A DNA stretch of 64,000 nt from Candidatus Uhrbacteria bacterium (GTDB lineage Bacteria; Patescibacteriota; Patescibacteriia; JACPHY01): positions 2,345-66,344 of the forward strand of contig JACPHY010000016.1 of the NCBI GenBank assembly GCA_016188355.1, given 5' to 3'. Both the position numbers and the translations under genes were made by a program. Every line of letters begins with the position of its first letter. Position 1 is the first letter of the stretch. Shown piece by piece: positions 18,826 through 29,095 of this stretch. The notes below the pieces were generated by a model. That model did no database searches. It had not been told where the DNA came from and saw only the letters and a program-made list of their open reading frames with translations.

Positions 18826-20055
18826 ATGCGCGGTCATCGAGTTCGTCGCCACCGGATTGGGACTCGAACGTTCGCGCGCTTGCGCGGGATTTTATTGCAA
18901 TATCGATCAGCGGCCCTTCGATGGGCCGCTGATCGATCGTTTCGGTGGGGGGTGGTTGGCGTCGGCATTGTGGTGATGATGTTGGGGAGTGTGTCGATTT
19001 GGGCATGGTGGCACACGAGTATCCGTGGGCATAAAGCTCCCATGCAAGCTCCGGCGGTATTGGTACATTCAGATGATCGTGCGGTTCTAACCAGAGCCGC
19101 GCCCGTAGCGCCGGTCATACGCCGCTGGATTGATGGGCAACCGCTCCCTGAGGGCACTGCGCAGCCATTCGCCGTGGCGGTGGTCGTGGACAATGCGTCC
19201 GAAGCGCGTCCGCAGTCTGGACTATCAGAGGCACCGATCGTGGTGGAGGTGCCGGTGGAAGGTCGACGGACGCGGTTTGTGGTGTTTGCGTCACTCGATG
19301 GAGCATTGTCGGAGCTAGGACCGGTGCGATCCGCACGACCCTACCTCATCGGTATCGCGCGGCATTTCGGCGTCCCCTTGGTGCATGTGGGTGGTAGTCC
19401 GGAGGCGCTGACCCTCTTTCGGGATTTGCGTCTCTTTCACGTGAATCAGTATTATGATCCGCCGTTCTGGCGGAGCCGTTCGCGACCCGCGCCATTCAAT
19501 GTGTATACGGCAGTGGATCGACTCGCTGCATTTGTGCGTGCGCGTGCGCAAGAGCAGTGGAAGCGGCAGCCGCTCCCACTGCTCCCGTATGTGGAGTCTG
19601 TGCCCTCCACGCAGGGGTCGGTGGCCGCGCAACTCCGCATTACGTATTCCGCTGCTCATGTGGTGGAGTGGCGCTATGACGCGGAGCGCGCGGTGTATGT
19701 GCGTTCGCAGGATGGGCGTCCGCATCGCGATGCTGCGGGGCATTCGATTGAGGCGGTGAATGTGCTGGTGCTTGAGGTGCGTTCGCGGGTGCTTGATGCG
19801 ATGGGACGGCTTCGGATTCCGGACCTCGATCCGCGAGATCGCACCGCGGGAGACGGCGGCAAGCGGACCGCAATCGTGATGACGCGTGGGCGACGGGTGG
19901 ATGGGTTCTGGAATTGGCATGCCGAGCAGAACGCGGACCCGCCGTCTGCTGCGCGTATTCGATTCCGGCCCTCCGTACCTTCGGATGCGCCCACGGTATT
20001 GCAGGTGGGGAACACTTGGATCGAGATTGTGGACCAGGGGACCGCGGTACAGTAG
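18826..20055 (+). CDS. DUF3048-like extracytoplasmic protein
   Basis: AVVVDN...ARPQSGL, VEG..TRF, GPVRSAR, HVGGS; start uncertain. Confidence 0.75.
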   Translation: MRGHRVRRHRIGTRTFARLRGILLQYRSAALRWAADRSFRWGVVGVGIVVMMLGSVSIWAWWHTSIRGHKAPMQAPAVLVHSDDRAVLTRAAPVAPVIRRWIDGQPLPEGTAQPFAVAVVVDNASEARPQSGLSEAPIVVEVPVEGRRTRFVVFASLDGALSELGPVRSARPYLIGIARHFGVPLVHVGGSPEALTLFRDLRLFHVNQYYDPPFWRSRSRPAPFNVYTAVDRLAAFVRARAQEQWKRQPLPLLPYVESVPSTQGSVAAQLRITYSAAHVVEWRYDAERAVYVRSQDGRPHRDAAGHSIEAVNVLVLEVRSRVLDAMGRLRIPDLDPRDRTAGDGGKRTAIVMTRGRRVDGFWNWHAEQNADPPSAARIRFRPSVPSDAPTVLQVGNTWIEIVDQGTAVQ

Positions 20056-20108
20056 CGAGTTGCCGGCTGCGTAAACAACCAAAAGCCCCGGAGGTTGGTC
20101 CGGGGTGG

Positions 20109-20972
20109 TTATTGGTGCTTCATCTCTGGTGGGCGGAGTTCGAGCACGCGCCAACGATCCGCGAGGTCGCGATGCCATCCTCTGTGCCAGTGTGGTACTC
20201 GTTGTTGGGTGAGTCGAGTGAGTGCTGGTTTTCGTTGGGGATCGATTTCCAAGAAGACAGACCGGACGCGGTGGTGCGTGGCGAATGAGGAGAGTTGTCG
20301 GAAAAATGTTCGGAAACAATACAGTCCGTCGCGTCCACCATCAAACGCATTGCGCGGTTCAAATGTGCGAAGGGAGTTTGGGAGCGCACGCCATTCTGCG
20401 GTCGTGAGATACGGGAGGTTCGCGAGGATGACGAATGGGGCATTTTTCATTTTTCCATTTTTTATTTGGAAATCCAGGAGGTTGCTTTGGTGAAAGGCGA
20501 TTCGGTCACGTACCTGATGGGTGCGTGCGTTGTGGCGTGCGATGTGAAGTGCGCTCGGCGAAGCATCGAGTGCGATCACCCGTGCGCGCGGCCGTTCCGC
20601 TGCCATGGTGACCGCGATGCAACCGGAGCCGGTGCCGACGTCGATGATGGTCGTGGGCTCGGAGATCGGAACTGTGCCAAGCGCAAGCTCCACAGAGAGT
20701 TCTGTTTCTGGCCGTGGGATGAGCACGTCGTGGGTCACGCGGAACGTGCGTCCAAAAAACCACTGCGTGCCCAGGAGATGGGCAAGTGGCTCGCCGCGTG
20801 TTCGCCGGATCACCATGCGGCGGAATCGCGTGGCATGGCTCGGATGGATGGTTGTTTCGGGATGCGCAAGGAGCCACTCGCGTTCTCTGTGGAGCGCGTA
20901 CGCGAGGAGCAGGTCCGCATCGCGAACATCAATGCGTAGCCGGGCCCATTGGAGGAGTGTGGCGGCGTGCAT
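20109..20972 (-). CDS. prmC: Release factor glutamine methyltransferase
   Basis: GEPLAH, VLIPRPETE, DVGTGSG, NLPY; downstream of prfA. Confidence 0.93.
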   Translation of the reverse strand: MHAATLLQWARLRIDVRDADLLLAYALHREREWLLAHPETTIHPSHATRFRRMVIRRTRGEPLAHLLGTQWFFGRTFRVTHDVLIPRPETELSVELALGTVPISEPTTIIDVGTGSGCIAVTMAAERPRARVIALDASPSALHIARHNARTHQVRDRIAFHQSNLLDFQIKNGKMKNAPFVILANLPYLTTAEWRALPNSLRTFEPRNAFDGGRDGLYCFRTFFRQLSSFATHHRVRSVFLEIDPQRKPALTRLTQQRVPHWHRGWHRDLADRWRVLELRPPEMKHQ

Positions 20973-20990
20973 GTGCGGAGCGTACCGCGC

Positions 20991-22076
20991 TCATGCGGCA
21001 GTACCCGCATGAGGTGTGGATCCTGGCTTTCGGAGTTTATTGCGGATAAGCGTCATGATTTCCGTGAGGTCGCCATCAAGAATGCCGTCGAGGTGGTGCC
21101 AGGACTCGTTGATGCGGTGATCGGTGAGGCGATCCTGCGGAAAATTGTAGGTTCTGATTTTTTCTGAGCGTTCTCCAGATCCAATTTGCGACCGGCGCGC
21201 ATCCGATCGTTCTCGATCTGCGCGTTCTTGTTCTGCGGCAAAGAGACGTGCGCGGAGGATTTCGAGTGCGCGGAGACGATTCTGTTGTTGGGAGCGTTCA
21301 TCCTGACAGGTGACCACGAGGCCGGTGGGGATGTGGGTGATGCGGACCGCGGAATAGGTGGTTTGCACGCTTTGTCCGCCATGGCCAGAGGAGAGATACG
21401 TATCAATGCGGAGGTCCTTGGGCTCGATGTGAATCTCGACGGCCTCTACTTTAGGGAGAACGGCGACGGTGGCGGTGGAGGTATGAATGCGGCCAGATTT
21501 TTCGGTGGTCGGTACGCGCTGCACCCGATGGACGCCGCTTTCGTATTTCATCCAGCGGTAGACATGATCGCCGTCGACCATAAAGGTGGCGTGACGAAAT
21601 CCGCCGATGGGGGATTGCTCCGAGTCGAGGAGACGCGTGGTCCAGCCGCGGCGCTCCGCGAATCGTGCGTACATGCGGAGGAGATCTGCCGCGAAGAGCG
21701 CCGCTTCATCACCGCCGACTCCTGCGCGAATTTCCACAATGATGCCCTTTTCATCCATGGGGTCGCCAGGTTCGAGGAGCTCATTGAGGTGCGTGGTGAC
21801 GCGCGTTTGTTCCGCGAGCGCCTCGGCGAGTTCCTCCTCGGCGAGTGCATGGAGATCGGGGTCCGTAGTGGTTGCTGCGGTGTTCCGTGCATCCGCGATG
21901 CGGCGTTCGAGCTGGTCGAGGAGATGGAATTGCTCTAGCTGCGCGCATATTTCCGCATGAGAACGAGAAGCGGCCGCAAGCCGTTCGGGATTGCGGAACA
22001 CGTCAGGATTACTGAGGTCCTGTTCGAGGGCAACACGTTGTGCTTCGAGTGTGCGACGCTGCTCGAGAGAAGCCAT
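20991..22076 (-). CDS. prfA: Peptide chain release factor 1
   Basis: [14 protein letters not shown] (PxT), GGQ loop, [14 protein letters not shown]. Confidence 0.95.
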   Translation of the reverse strand: MASLEQRRTLEAQRVALEQDLSNPDVFRNPERLAAASRSHAEICAQLEQFHLLDQLERRIADARNTAATTTDPDLHALAEEELAEALAEQTRVTTHLNELLEPGDPMDEKGIIVEIRAGVGGDEAALFAADLLRMYARFAERRGWTTRLLDSEQSPIGGFRHATFMVDGDHVYRWMKYESGVHRVQRVPTTEKSGRIHTSTATVAVLPKVEAVEIHIEPKDLRIDTYLSSGHGGQSVQTTYSAVRITHIPTGLVVTCQDERSQQQNRLRALEILRARLFAAEQERADRERSDARRSQIGSGERSEKIRTYNFPQDRLTDHRINESWHHLDGILDGDLTEIMTLIRNKLRKPGSTPHAGTAA

Positions 22077-22181
22077 AAGGAATGCGCGGCAGGGATCCGA
22101 TGAGGGAGGAGGGGCCTCGTACGCTATCGTACCGCACACCGCGAGCCTTTGGAGGCTCGCGGTGTGCGGTACGCCGTCAAA

Positions 22182-22481
22182 TTACTTTTCTGCACCGAGC
22201 GCTTCCGACTTTTCCTTACGTCGTGCGGCGGCGCGTTCTTTCTTCACGCGGCGACCCGTTCGGGCAGCGGCAACGGTCTCCTGCAGTGCGGTGCGTCGCT
22301 GGAAGCGGTCCACGCGGCGAGCGCTGTCTACCGTTTTCGTTTGTCCGGTGTAAAACGGGTGGCATGCAGAGCAGAGTTCCGTGTGAATCTCACTCACCGT
22401 AGAACCGGTCGTGAATGTCGTTCCACAGGAACAAACTACTTTTGCGGCGGGGTGGTAGGTGGGATGAATCTCCGTTCGCAT
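22182..22481 (-). CDS. rpmE: 50S ribosomal protein L31 (Zn-binding type)
   Basis: IHPTY, CSCG, CSACHPFYTG, RVDRF. Confidence 0.95.
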   Translation of the reverse strand: MRTEIHPTYHPAAKVVCSCGTTFTTGSTVSEIHTELCSACHPFYTGQTKTVDSARRVDRFQRRTALQETVAAARTGRRVKKERAAARRKEKSEALGAEK

Positions 22482-22576
22482 AAACGTCATCAAGATACCG
22501 TCTGGTTTCGTCGGCAAAGTCTACGGTTGTTACCGTAACGAAATATGAGGTACCTGGCAAGTGCAGTGGGAAGATA

Positions 22577-22611
22577 GGAAAACCCCCACCCTTGAAGGGT
22601 GGGGGTTTTCC
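22577..22611. terminator. Perfect hairpin, likely terminator of the 738-aa gene
   Basis: ggaaaacccccacccttgaagggtgggggttttcc. Confidence 0.6.
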
Positions 22612-22623
22612 GGTTGCTGCTCG

Positions 22624-24840
22624 TTAGAGTCCGAACAGCTTTTCAAGGTCGCTTGCCCCGGAATTTCCGCTCTGTTTGCGGAATGTATCAAAGGCGTCGA
22701 GCTTGAGTCCTGTTGATGCACTCGAGCTTCCGAATGCGCTCGATGACTTTTGCCCGCGCGCTTCTTGAAGCGCGTTGTTGAGCGAATTTCGAGCCTCGGA
22801 GAGCTGCTCAAATGCCTCCAGAAGTGCATCGGTGTCCACCGGCTTCTTCTTGGCGAGGCCCTGAATCTGGGCGAGCACGATCTTCCCATCGCTGAGCGCT
22901 GCCTCGAGCGACTTTACGTCCACGCGTTTGCGCTTCAGGGTCGTGATCTCGCGCTGGATTTTCGAGACCTCCTTGGTCGCATCGGAAATACCGCGACCCA
23001 TGTCGGTCACCGATCGGATCGCTTCAATTTTTTCACGGATGTCATCGAAACTGTCCCGGAGTTCGAAGAGACGATCGAGCGACTCCTCACTGACCGATTT
23101 CATTGCTTCTGCGAGTGCGTTCTTGATTTCTCCGATGGATTTACCGGCAGCGTCGATTTCTTCGCTCACGTCGATCTTCGCACGAGTCGCTTGGCTGGTG
23201 ATTCGCTTGAGATCCGACTCCATGCGTCGGAGTTCGCTCGTGAGCTGTTTCGAGACGCGCGGGAATTCCTGGATGCGCTGACAGTGGTCCACGGTTTCTC
23301 GGACACGGTCACCTACGTCCGCGAATTCCGAGAAGTCCACATCCTGTACTTCTTCAACGTCGGTAGCAGATTGGACCTTCGTGAGCGAATCGCGCAGCAT
23401 CTGGAGTCCATCGGTTACCTCCTCTGGGACCTCCACCTTTGCTTTCGTGCAGATGGCTAGGGCGCTCGACATTCGCTTATATCCGGATTCCAGATCCTTC
23501 AATCGCTTCTTCGCCTCCTTCAGCATCTGCTCTTTCTGCTGTTTCTCCATTTCCTCGCCCATCTCGTCGTTGGGCTGCATCCGATCCGACGCGTCGCCCA
23601 TTTCCGGTCGACCAAGGGATTCGCTGCCGATGCCATCAGCAGAGCGGCGAGCGGGGGAGCATTTTTCTTGCACCATTCGGCGCTGTGCCTCACTGGGCCC
23701 GCTTCCACTGCGGAGTTGATCGACCTTGTCGCCGATGACGGAGCGGACGCAGGATTCGAACTCATTTGCCGCGGGGCGCATGTTTTGTGCCTCCCCACCG
23801 AATTTGTTGTTTTCATTGGGTCCAGAGAACGGCGCGCGAGCTCCTCCAAGGACTGAGGGGTCGTTATCGGGCATCCGTTTGGAATCCTGCATGCGCGTCG
23901 CATCCTCCATGGGAGGACCCTTCATCACTTCCCCGGGTCCCTGGGGGGCCTTTGGGGTGAGTCCCGATGGGTCGTTGCGGGTCATTCCATTGATGCCATT
24001 GGGGCCATTCACGCCGTTCATCCCATTCAAACCATTCATCCCGTTGATGCCGTTTAGTCCATTCATCCCATTCGGTGCGCCCGGAAAGTTCGTTCCCACA
24101 TTCGGCCCGGAGTTGGGATTGTTGAAATTATTTGGCTGGTTTCCACCGAAATTCGTATTGGGGCCACCCATTCCCCCAGGGGAATTCATGTTCCCGGATT
24201 TGAGCGGATCCTTGGAGTCACCGGAGCCGCCGGGGGGTTGTTGGCCGCCAAAGTTATTGCCACCCAATCCCGGCATGCCGCCGAAATTATTCCCTCCGGG
24301 CGTTCCACCGAAGTTTGGGCCACCGAAATTGCCTCCCGGATTTCCTGGATTCCCGCCAAAATTATTTCCGCCGGGATTGATTCCAGTGTTCCCTCCGCCG
24401 GGATTTCCCCCGAAATCACCTCCTCCGGGATTCCCACCGAACGATCCTCCTGGTGGCGGACCTCCGAACGATCCTCCTGGTGGCGGACCTCCGGGCGAAC
24501 CGCCTGGTGGCGGACCTCCTGGGGGTGGACCTCCTGGGGAGCCGCCGCCTGGCGGGGGTCCTCCGGGGGGTGGACCTCCGGGATCCTCTGCGGCGCGGAA
24601 AGTGGCGCTGCCCGATTTCGACCATGATGCACGAAGTTCCGAGCATTCCTCCTGCTGATCCATGCAGAAAGAGGTGCACTCTGCCTCCGTGGTGCATTTG
24701 CCATCAAGATATGGAGGAACAATGAAATCTGCGGTGACGCGGTACTGATCGATGGAATTCGCCGCAATGATGGTTGCGGATGGGGCGAGTACCACGATGA
24801 GTCCCGCAGTAATGAGCTGCTTGCGGTAGGGAAACGCCAT
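22624..24840 (-). CDS. Secreted/anchored low-complexity Gly/Pro/Asn-rich protein with Cys motif and C-terminal coiled coil
   Basis: N-terminal signal/TM, CTTEAECTSFCMDQQEEC, GGPPP and GGNF/NGMNG repeats, helical C-terminal half. Confidence 0.8.
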   Translation of the reverse strand: MAFPYRKQLITAGLIVVLAPSATIIAANSIDQYRVTADFIVPPYLDGKCTTEAECTSFCMDQQEECSELRASWSKSGSATFRAAEDPGGPPPGGPPPGGGSPGGPPPGGPPPGGSPGGPPPGGSFGGPPPGGSFGGNPGGGDFGGNPGGGNTGINPGGNNFGGNPGNPGGNFGGPNFGGTPGGNNFGGMPGLGGNNFGGQQPPGGSGDSKDPLKSGNMNSPGGMGGPNTNFGGNQPNNFNNPNSGPNVGTNFPGAPNGMNGLNGINGMNGLNGMNGVNGPNGINGMTRNDPSGLTPKAPQGPGEVMKGPPMEDATRMQDSKRMPDNDPSVLGGARAPFSGPNENNKFGGEAQNMRPAANEFESCVRSVIGDKVDQLRSGSGPSEAQRRMVQEKCSPARRSADGIGSESLGRPEMGDASDRMQPNDEMGEEMEKQQKEQMLKEAKKRLKDLESGYKRMSSALAICTKAKVEVPEEVTDGLQMLRDSLTKVQSATDVEEVQDVDFSEFADVGDRVRETVDHCQRIQEFPRVSKQLTSELRRMESDLKRITSQATRAKIDVSEEIDAAGKSIGEIKNALAEAMKSVSEESLDRLFELRDSFDDIREKIEAIRSVTDMGRGISDATKEVSKIQREITTLKRKRVDVKSLEAALSDGKIVLAQIQGLAKKKPVDTDALLEAFEQLSEARNSLNNALQEARGQKSSSAFGSSSASTGLKLDAFDTFRKQSGNSGASDLEKLFGL
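24437..24490. repeat. Perfect 27-bp tandem duplication within the Gly/Pro repeat
   Basis: ccgaacgatcctcctggtggcggacct x2. Confidence 0.85.
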
Positions 24841-25015
24841 AGGCGAAGGGGCGATGGATTATCGTAGGACCGTTGCGGTGTTCGGCCCTGTGCATCGGCG
24901 AGATATGCACAGCACCGTAGCGGTTCGTACGGTTAGGAGAAATAGTATATCACGCGCAAGTGGTGATTTGCTGTGCATTGCGCATGCTACACTGCGAATG
25001 CAGATTCATCATGCT

Positions 25016-25729
25016 ATGCCCACGAAGCTCTCTCCGTCATTTGCGACCGAGCAATTGCGTCGACCACTCGTTGCGACGGATATTGTGGTTTTTGCGATTC
25101 GTGATGGCGCGCTTTCCGTGGTATTGATCCGTCGGGCAATGCCGCCATTCGCGGGAAAGTGGGCATTGCCGGGTGGATTTGTATTGCCGGAGGAGACGGT
25201 GGACCGTGCTGCGCAGCGCGAATTGCGCGAGGAAACTGATGTGCAGATTGCCGAGGGGTATCTCGAGCAGTTATATACCTTTGGCAATGTGCACCGTGAC
25301 CCGCGCGGTCGGGTCATTTCTGTGGCATATCTCGCGTTGATTCCGGGTGAGGCCGCAGTACCGCGTGGGGGTTCCGATGCCGCGGAGGCGCAGTGGTGGC
25401 CGATGGAACGGTTGCCGCCACTCGCTTTTGATCATGCGCAGATCATCGCGTACGCGGTGACGAGATTGCGGTACAAGCTCGAATACACGAACGTGTTGTA
25501 TGCAGCGCTGCCGAACCGTTTTTCGCTAACTGAGTTACAAGAAGCGTATGAGGCGGTGCTCGGTAAATCGCTGGATAAACGCAATTTTAGGAAGAAAATC
25601 GTTGCATTGGGTTTTGTGCAGCCGACCACACAGTACCGAAAGCCAGAGCAGGGGCGTCCTGCGCAATTGTGGCGTTTCACCAAACGAACGCCGGTGTCCG
25701 TAAAGACGTTTGTGACGAAGGCGGGATAG
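25016..25729 (+). CDS. nrtR: NrtR-family Nudix-wHTH transcriptional regulator
   Basis: WALPGGFV..EETVDRAAQRELREET, EQLYTFG..RDPRGRVISVAY, LAFDH, C-terminal wHTH DKRNFRKK...GRPA. Confidence 0.9.
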   Translation: MPTKLSPSFATEQLRRPLVATDIVVFAIRDGALSVVLIRRAMPPFAGKWALPGGFVLPEETVDRAAQRELREETDVQIAEGYLEQLYTFGNVHRDPRGRVISVAYLALIPGEAAVPRGGSDAAEAQWWPMERLPPLAFDHAQIIAYAVTRLRYKLEYTNVLYAALPNRFSLTELQEAYEAVLGKSLDKRNFRKKIVALGFVQPTTQYRKPEQGRPAQLWRFTKRTPVSVKTFVTKAG

Positions 25730-25749
25730 GTTGCGGTGGGGCACAGAAG

Positions 25750-25793
25750 ATGGTGTGGGCTTGACACTAAATTAGTGTTTGTTTTACAATAAT
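25750..25793 (+). promoter_or_regulatory. Tandem NrtR-type operators overlapping a sigma70 promoter
   Basis: ATGGTGT-N7-ACACTAA (25750-25770) and TTAGTGT-N7-ACAATAA (25772-25792); TTGACA at 25761, TACAAT at 25785. Confidence 0.75.
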
Positions 25794-25854
25794 TACGAAG
25801 CTGCGATGCGGATGGAGTATGGTACGGACGGGAAGTGGTGGCGAAGCTGTTTAA

Positions 25855-25875
25855 TTAGTGTGATAATTACACATT
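25855..25875 (+). promoter_or_regulatory. Third NrtR-type operator
   Basis: TTAGTGT-GATAATT-ACACATT. Confidence 0.65.
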
Positions 25876-25964
25876 CAAGCAAGTGGAGGAGACGGGGGAT
25901 GCGCGTCCATTTGCTCGAGCGTGTGATGGACACACGCCGTTCCTTGGACAATGGAGGATGAGTC

Positions 25965-26849
25965 ATGCGACTACCGTTCACGTGGTACCGGGCAACGCCG
26001 GCAGAGTACGTCGTGAAGTTCGTGAATGGCGCGCGTCGCGCCGAAGGGAAGGGGAAGATCTTCTTCGTGGGGCCTCGCACGACCCTTGCGAGGGTGATGG
26101 CGACGGAATTCGGCATTGGGTATGCGTTCACCGAACGCACGGCCGATGGCCAGGAAGTCGTCGTGCATGGAGAAGTCGTCGTGCGGTTCGATGTGCAGAA
26201 GATGCTCGATCGGCATGACTTCTCGTTCGATCCGCGATCGGGTGTGGGCGAGGGGAGCGAAGACGTGGTGGAGAGTGAGGTGCAGGCCGTACTCCAGACG
26301 TATGTTCGTCGCGAGATCGCGACGAAGAAACTGAAGGATGCGCTTGCATCTGCGGCGGCGCTCCAGGCGACCGTGGCAGAGATGATCAAGAACGACAGCG
26401 CCGCATTCGACGCGTTGGGCGTCGGTGTGTGCAACCTCTTCGTGACGAACGTGTCGCCGGCGAATCTTGACCTCAAGAAGGCGCTCGAGGCCGAAGCGCG
26501 TGAGCAGATGCTCGCGGCGGCGGATCGTGCGCTTGCCGATCGACGCATGGATGCCGCGAGGAACGATCGTTCGCTCAAGGAGTTCGAATCCGATACGGCC
26601 ATGACGCTCGAGCAGCGGCGCGCGGCACTTGTCGAGGCGCGGAACAAGAACGTCGTGGCGGAAGCGGAGGCAGATGCAGAGGCGAATCGGAAGCGTCTCG
26701 AACCGTACGCGCATGTGGATCCGCGGATGGTGTTTGCGCTCGGCATTCGGGAGCTTGGCGCGAACGGTCGGATCGGGCAGTTCAACGTGACGCCGGAGTT
26801 TCTGGCGGCCATGCAGGGTGCGTCGAACGGCCGTATGCCGGGAGCGTGA
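25965..26849 (+). CDS. SPFH/band-7 domain protein, NrtX-like
   Basis: GGAGG RBS; band-7-like N-terminus (YVVKFVNG, TADGQEV), coiled coil, IGQFNVTPE; nrtR-SPFH-NAD kinase synteny. Confidence 0.8.
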   Translation: MRLPFTWYRATPAEYVVKFVNGARRAEGKGKIFFVGPRTTLARVMATEFGIGYAFTERTADGQEVVVHGEVVVRFDVQKMLDRHDFSFDPRSGVGEGSEDVVESEVQAVLQTYVRREIATKKLKDALASAAALQATVAEMIKNDSAAFDALGVGVCNLFVTNVSPANLDLKKALEAEAREQMLAAADRALADRRMDAARNDRSLKEFESDTAMTLEQRRAALVEARNKNVVAEAEADAEANRKRLEPYAHVDPRMVFALGIRELGANGRIGQFNVTPEFLAAMQGASNGRMPGA

Positions 26850-26852
26850 GCC

Positions 26853-27836
26853 GTGCCGACGCCCATCGAACGTGTGGTGCTCGTGACGAAGTCGTCGCGG
26901 CTGGCGGAGCTCCTCGATCGATATTGTGGTCGTGATCGGGTCCGGTTCGTGATCGAATCCCGTGGAGAGTCCTTTGCCGAGTATGAGGCAGAGGACGACC
27001 GATGGCGCATGGCAACGGACCGATTGCGGGCTGCCATCCCGCGGGAGATTGCGCATACGGTCATTTCCCGTGCCTACATCCCCACCGAGCTCTTCCGGCC
27101 CACGGATCTCGTGATGACGATCGGACCCGACGGACTCGTCGCGAATGCGGCGAAGTATCTCGACGGTCCGCCGATTCTCGCGGTGAATCCCGACCCAGAT
27201 CGGATCGATGGTACGATTGCGCGGTTCTCCCCGGATGCAGCGATCGCTGTGTTGCCGCGGCTGCTCCGCGGGCAGTATCGTACGGATCCGTTGACCATCG
27301 CGATGGCGACCACGAACGATGGACAGGTTGCCTATGCGGCGAACGATTTTCTCGTCGGTCGACGAGACACCGTTTCTGCACGGTATCGGCTCGGAGTAGG
27401 GAATGGACCGGATGTGGTTGCGTCCGAGCGACAATCCTCGAGCGGCGTTCTGGTGACGACTGGTCTCGGCTCCACTGCATGGGCAACGTCGATCGTATCG
27501 AGCGCATTTGCGATTGCCGCTGTCATGGTGGGATTCGGGACCGGAGAAGACCTCCGCGGAGAATTGCGCGTGCAGCAGGAATTTGAGGTTCCGTATCCCT
27601 GGAGTGCGCGTCATCTCCTCTTCTTTGTCCGCGAGGCATTCCCGACGCGTTCCACGAGCGCCCGACAGTGCTTCGGCCGCATCGAGGAAACAGGCGTGCT
27701 CGTGATCACCTCCGAAATGCCCGATGGGGGAGCGATATTCTCCGACGGCGTCGTCGAGGACGCGCTCCCATTCCTCGCCGGTACCACGGTCACGATCCGT
27801 CCGGCCGATCGTGTCGCGCAGCTCATTCGTCCCTGA
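26853..27836 (+). CDS. NAD-kinase-like protein, NrtY-like
   Basis: IGPDGLVANAAKY, VNPDP, AANDF, QSSSGVLVTTGLGSTAW, FFVREAF, IFSDG. Confidence 0.8.
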   Translation: MPTPIERVVLVTKSSRLAELLDRYCGRDRVRFVIESRGESFAEYEAEDDRWRMATDRLRAAIPREIAHTVISRAYIPTELFRPTDLVMTIGPDGLVANAAKYLDGPPILAVNPDPDRIDGTIARFSPDAAIAVLPRLLRGQYRTDPLTIAMATTNDGQVAYAANDFLVGRRDTVSARYRLGVGNGPDVVASERQSSSGVLVTTGLGSTAWATSIVSSAFAIAAVMVGFGTGEDLRGELRVQQEFEVPYPWSARHLLFFVREAFPTRSTSARQCFGRIEETGVLVITSEMPDGGAIFSDGVVEDALPFLAGTTVTIRPADRVAQLIRP

Positions 27837-28192
27837 TCCCTCATTTGAGCCCGATCCCAGCGATCGGGCGTCCTCTCGGGATCCGTACGGAATCGTACGG
27901 AGTCCGAGATGGTGGACATGAAAATACTATTGAACCCAGCGACAAAAACGTTCATGTTTCCAGGACTTGACGTAATTGGTTTTTCTGTGTAGGTTTGGCG
28001 TATCTATCAGAAAAATAAGCGATTTTGTACATGGTGGCGGTGCTTCATGGGTAGCGATGCTACGGAGTGCTCACGTGAACGGGTGATGCGGGGCATCGTC
28101 TTTTCGGGTGAGCATTCAACGATCGTTGATTCACAATGTATCAATTACTGTAACTGCTCGTGGGTGTTGCTCACGAGGAGAGGGGAGGGTAC

Positions 28193-29095
28193 ATGCGAGA
28201 TCAGTTCGCGGTCGCGGGCGGCTCCATCGCCGGTCGCGACCACACGCGCGCGGGCAGAAATAATCATGATGCGTTCTCCTGGATTCAAGATCCGGACTGG
28301 ACTATCGCATTCGTCGCGGATGGCTGTGGTGGTGCGGATGACAAAGTGCCGATGGATGTACGCGTCCGGCACGGCGCGGGTCCGCATAGTGAGGTGGGCG
28401 CGAAGCTTGGGGTGCGTCTGGTTGCAGAGTCCGTCCGCCGAAGTTTGCGGCGATTCGCCGAGCATCCGATTGCAGCGACCGGCGTGTTGCCGGAGCACGA
28501 TTCCTTCTGGGAGCGGATTCGTCAGGATGTGCTCGCCGGTCTCCGTGTATTGGCGCTCCAGATGGGCGACAGCCTTTCCGAGGTGGTGAACGAGTATTTC
28601 CTCTTCACCCTCGTTGGAGCGGTGATCACGAAATGGGGAACGTCGATCGTTTCATTGGGCGATGGCATTTATGGGTGCAACGGCAACGTACGCGTCCTGG
28701 GTCCATATCCCGATAATGAGCCACCGTACCTCGCGTACGGTCTCGTGCCGACCTCCCTCGCAAATACAGATCCGCGGCTCCTGAAATTCGTGGTGCATGA
28801 AATGCTATCGACGGATCAGGTGCATTCGATTCTCCTGGGTACCGACGGCGGCAAGGATCTGCAGGAAGCCGCTGGCCGTTGTATTCCTGGCAGTGCAGAG
28901 CTCGTCGGTCCTTTGGATCAATTCTGGATGAACGATCTCTACTTCCGAAATCCGGACGCGCTGCGCCGTCGACTGGCGGTGATCAACCGTGATCGGAGTG
29001 TTCAGGGTGACGGTGGCGGTACGCAGAATGCTGCCGGCCTACTCCCGGACGATACGACGCTCATTGCCATCCGGAGACGATCCGGAGGTGCGTGA
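28193..29095 (+). CDS. PP2C-family (PP2C_2, YegK/PphC-like) protein phosphatase
   Basis: GRDH...NNHDA, VADGCG, HSEVGA, LGDG, GTDG, DDTTL; strong RBS. Confidence 0.85.
   Translation: MRDQFAVAGGSIAGRDHTRAGRNNHDAFSWIQDPDWTIAFVADGCGGADDKVPMDVRVRHGAGPHSEVGAKLGVRLVAESVRRSLRRFAEHPIAATGVLPEHDSFWERIRQDVLAGLRVLALQMGDSLSEVVNEYFLFTLVGAVITKWGTSIVSLGDGIYGCNGNVRVLGPYPDNEPPYLAYGLVPTSLANTDPRLLKFVVHEMLSTDQVHSILLGTDGGKDLQEAAGRCIPGSAELVGPLDQFWMNDLYFRNPDALRRRLAVINRDRSVQGDGGGTQNAAGLLPDDTTLIAIRRRSGGA

Noticed and set aside
25793-27614. Long minus-strand ORFs (423 and 547 aa); likewise 4004-5497, 33171-34871 and 35576-36916
   Set aside because: They overlap well-supported genes on the opposite strand and lack motifs or an RBS.
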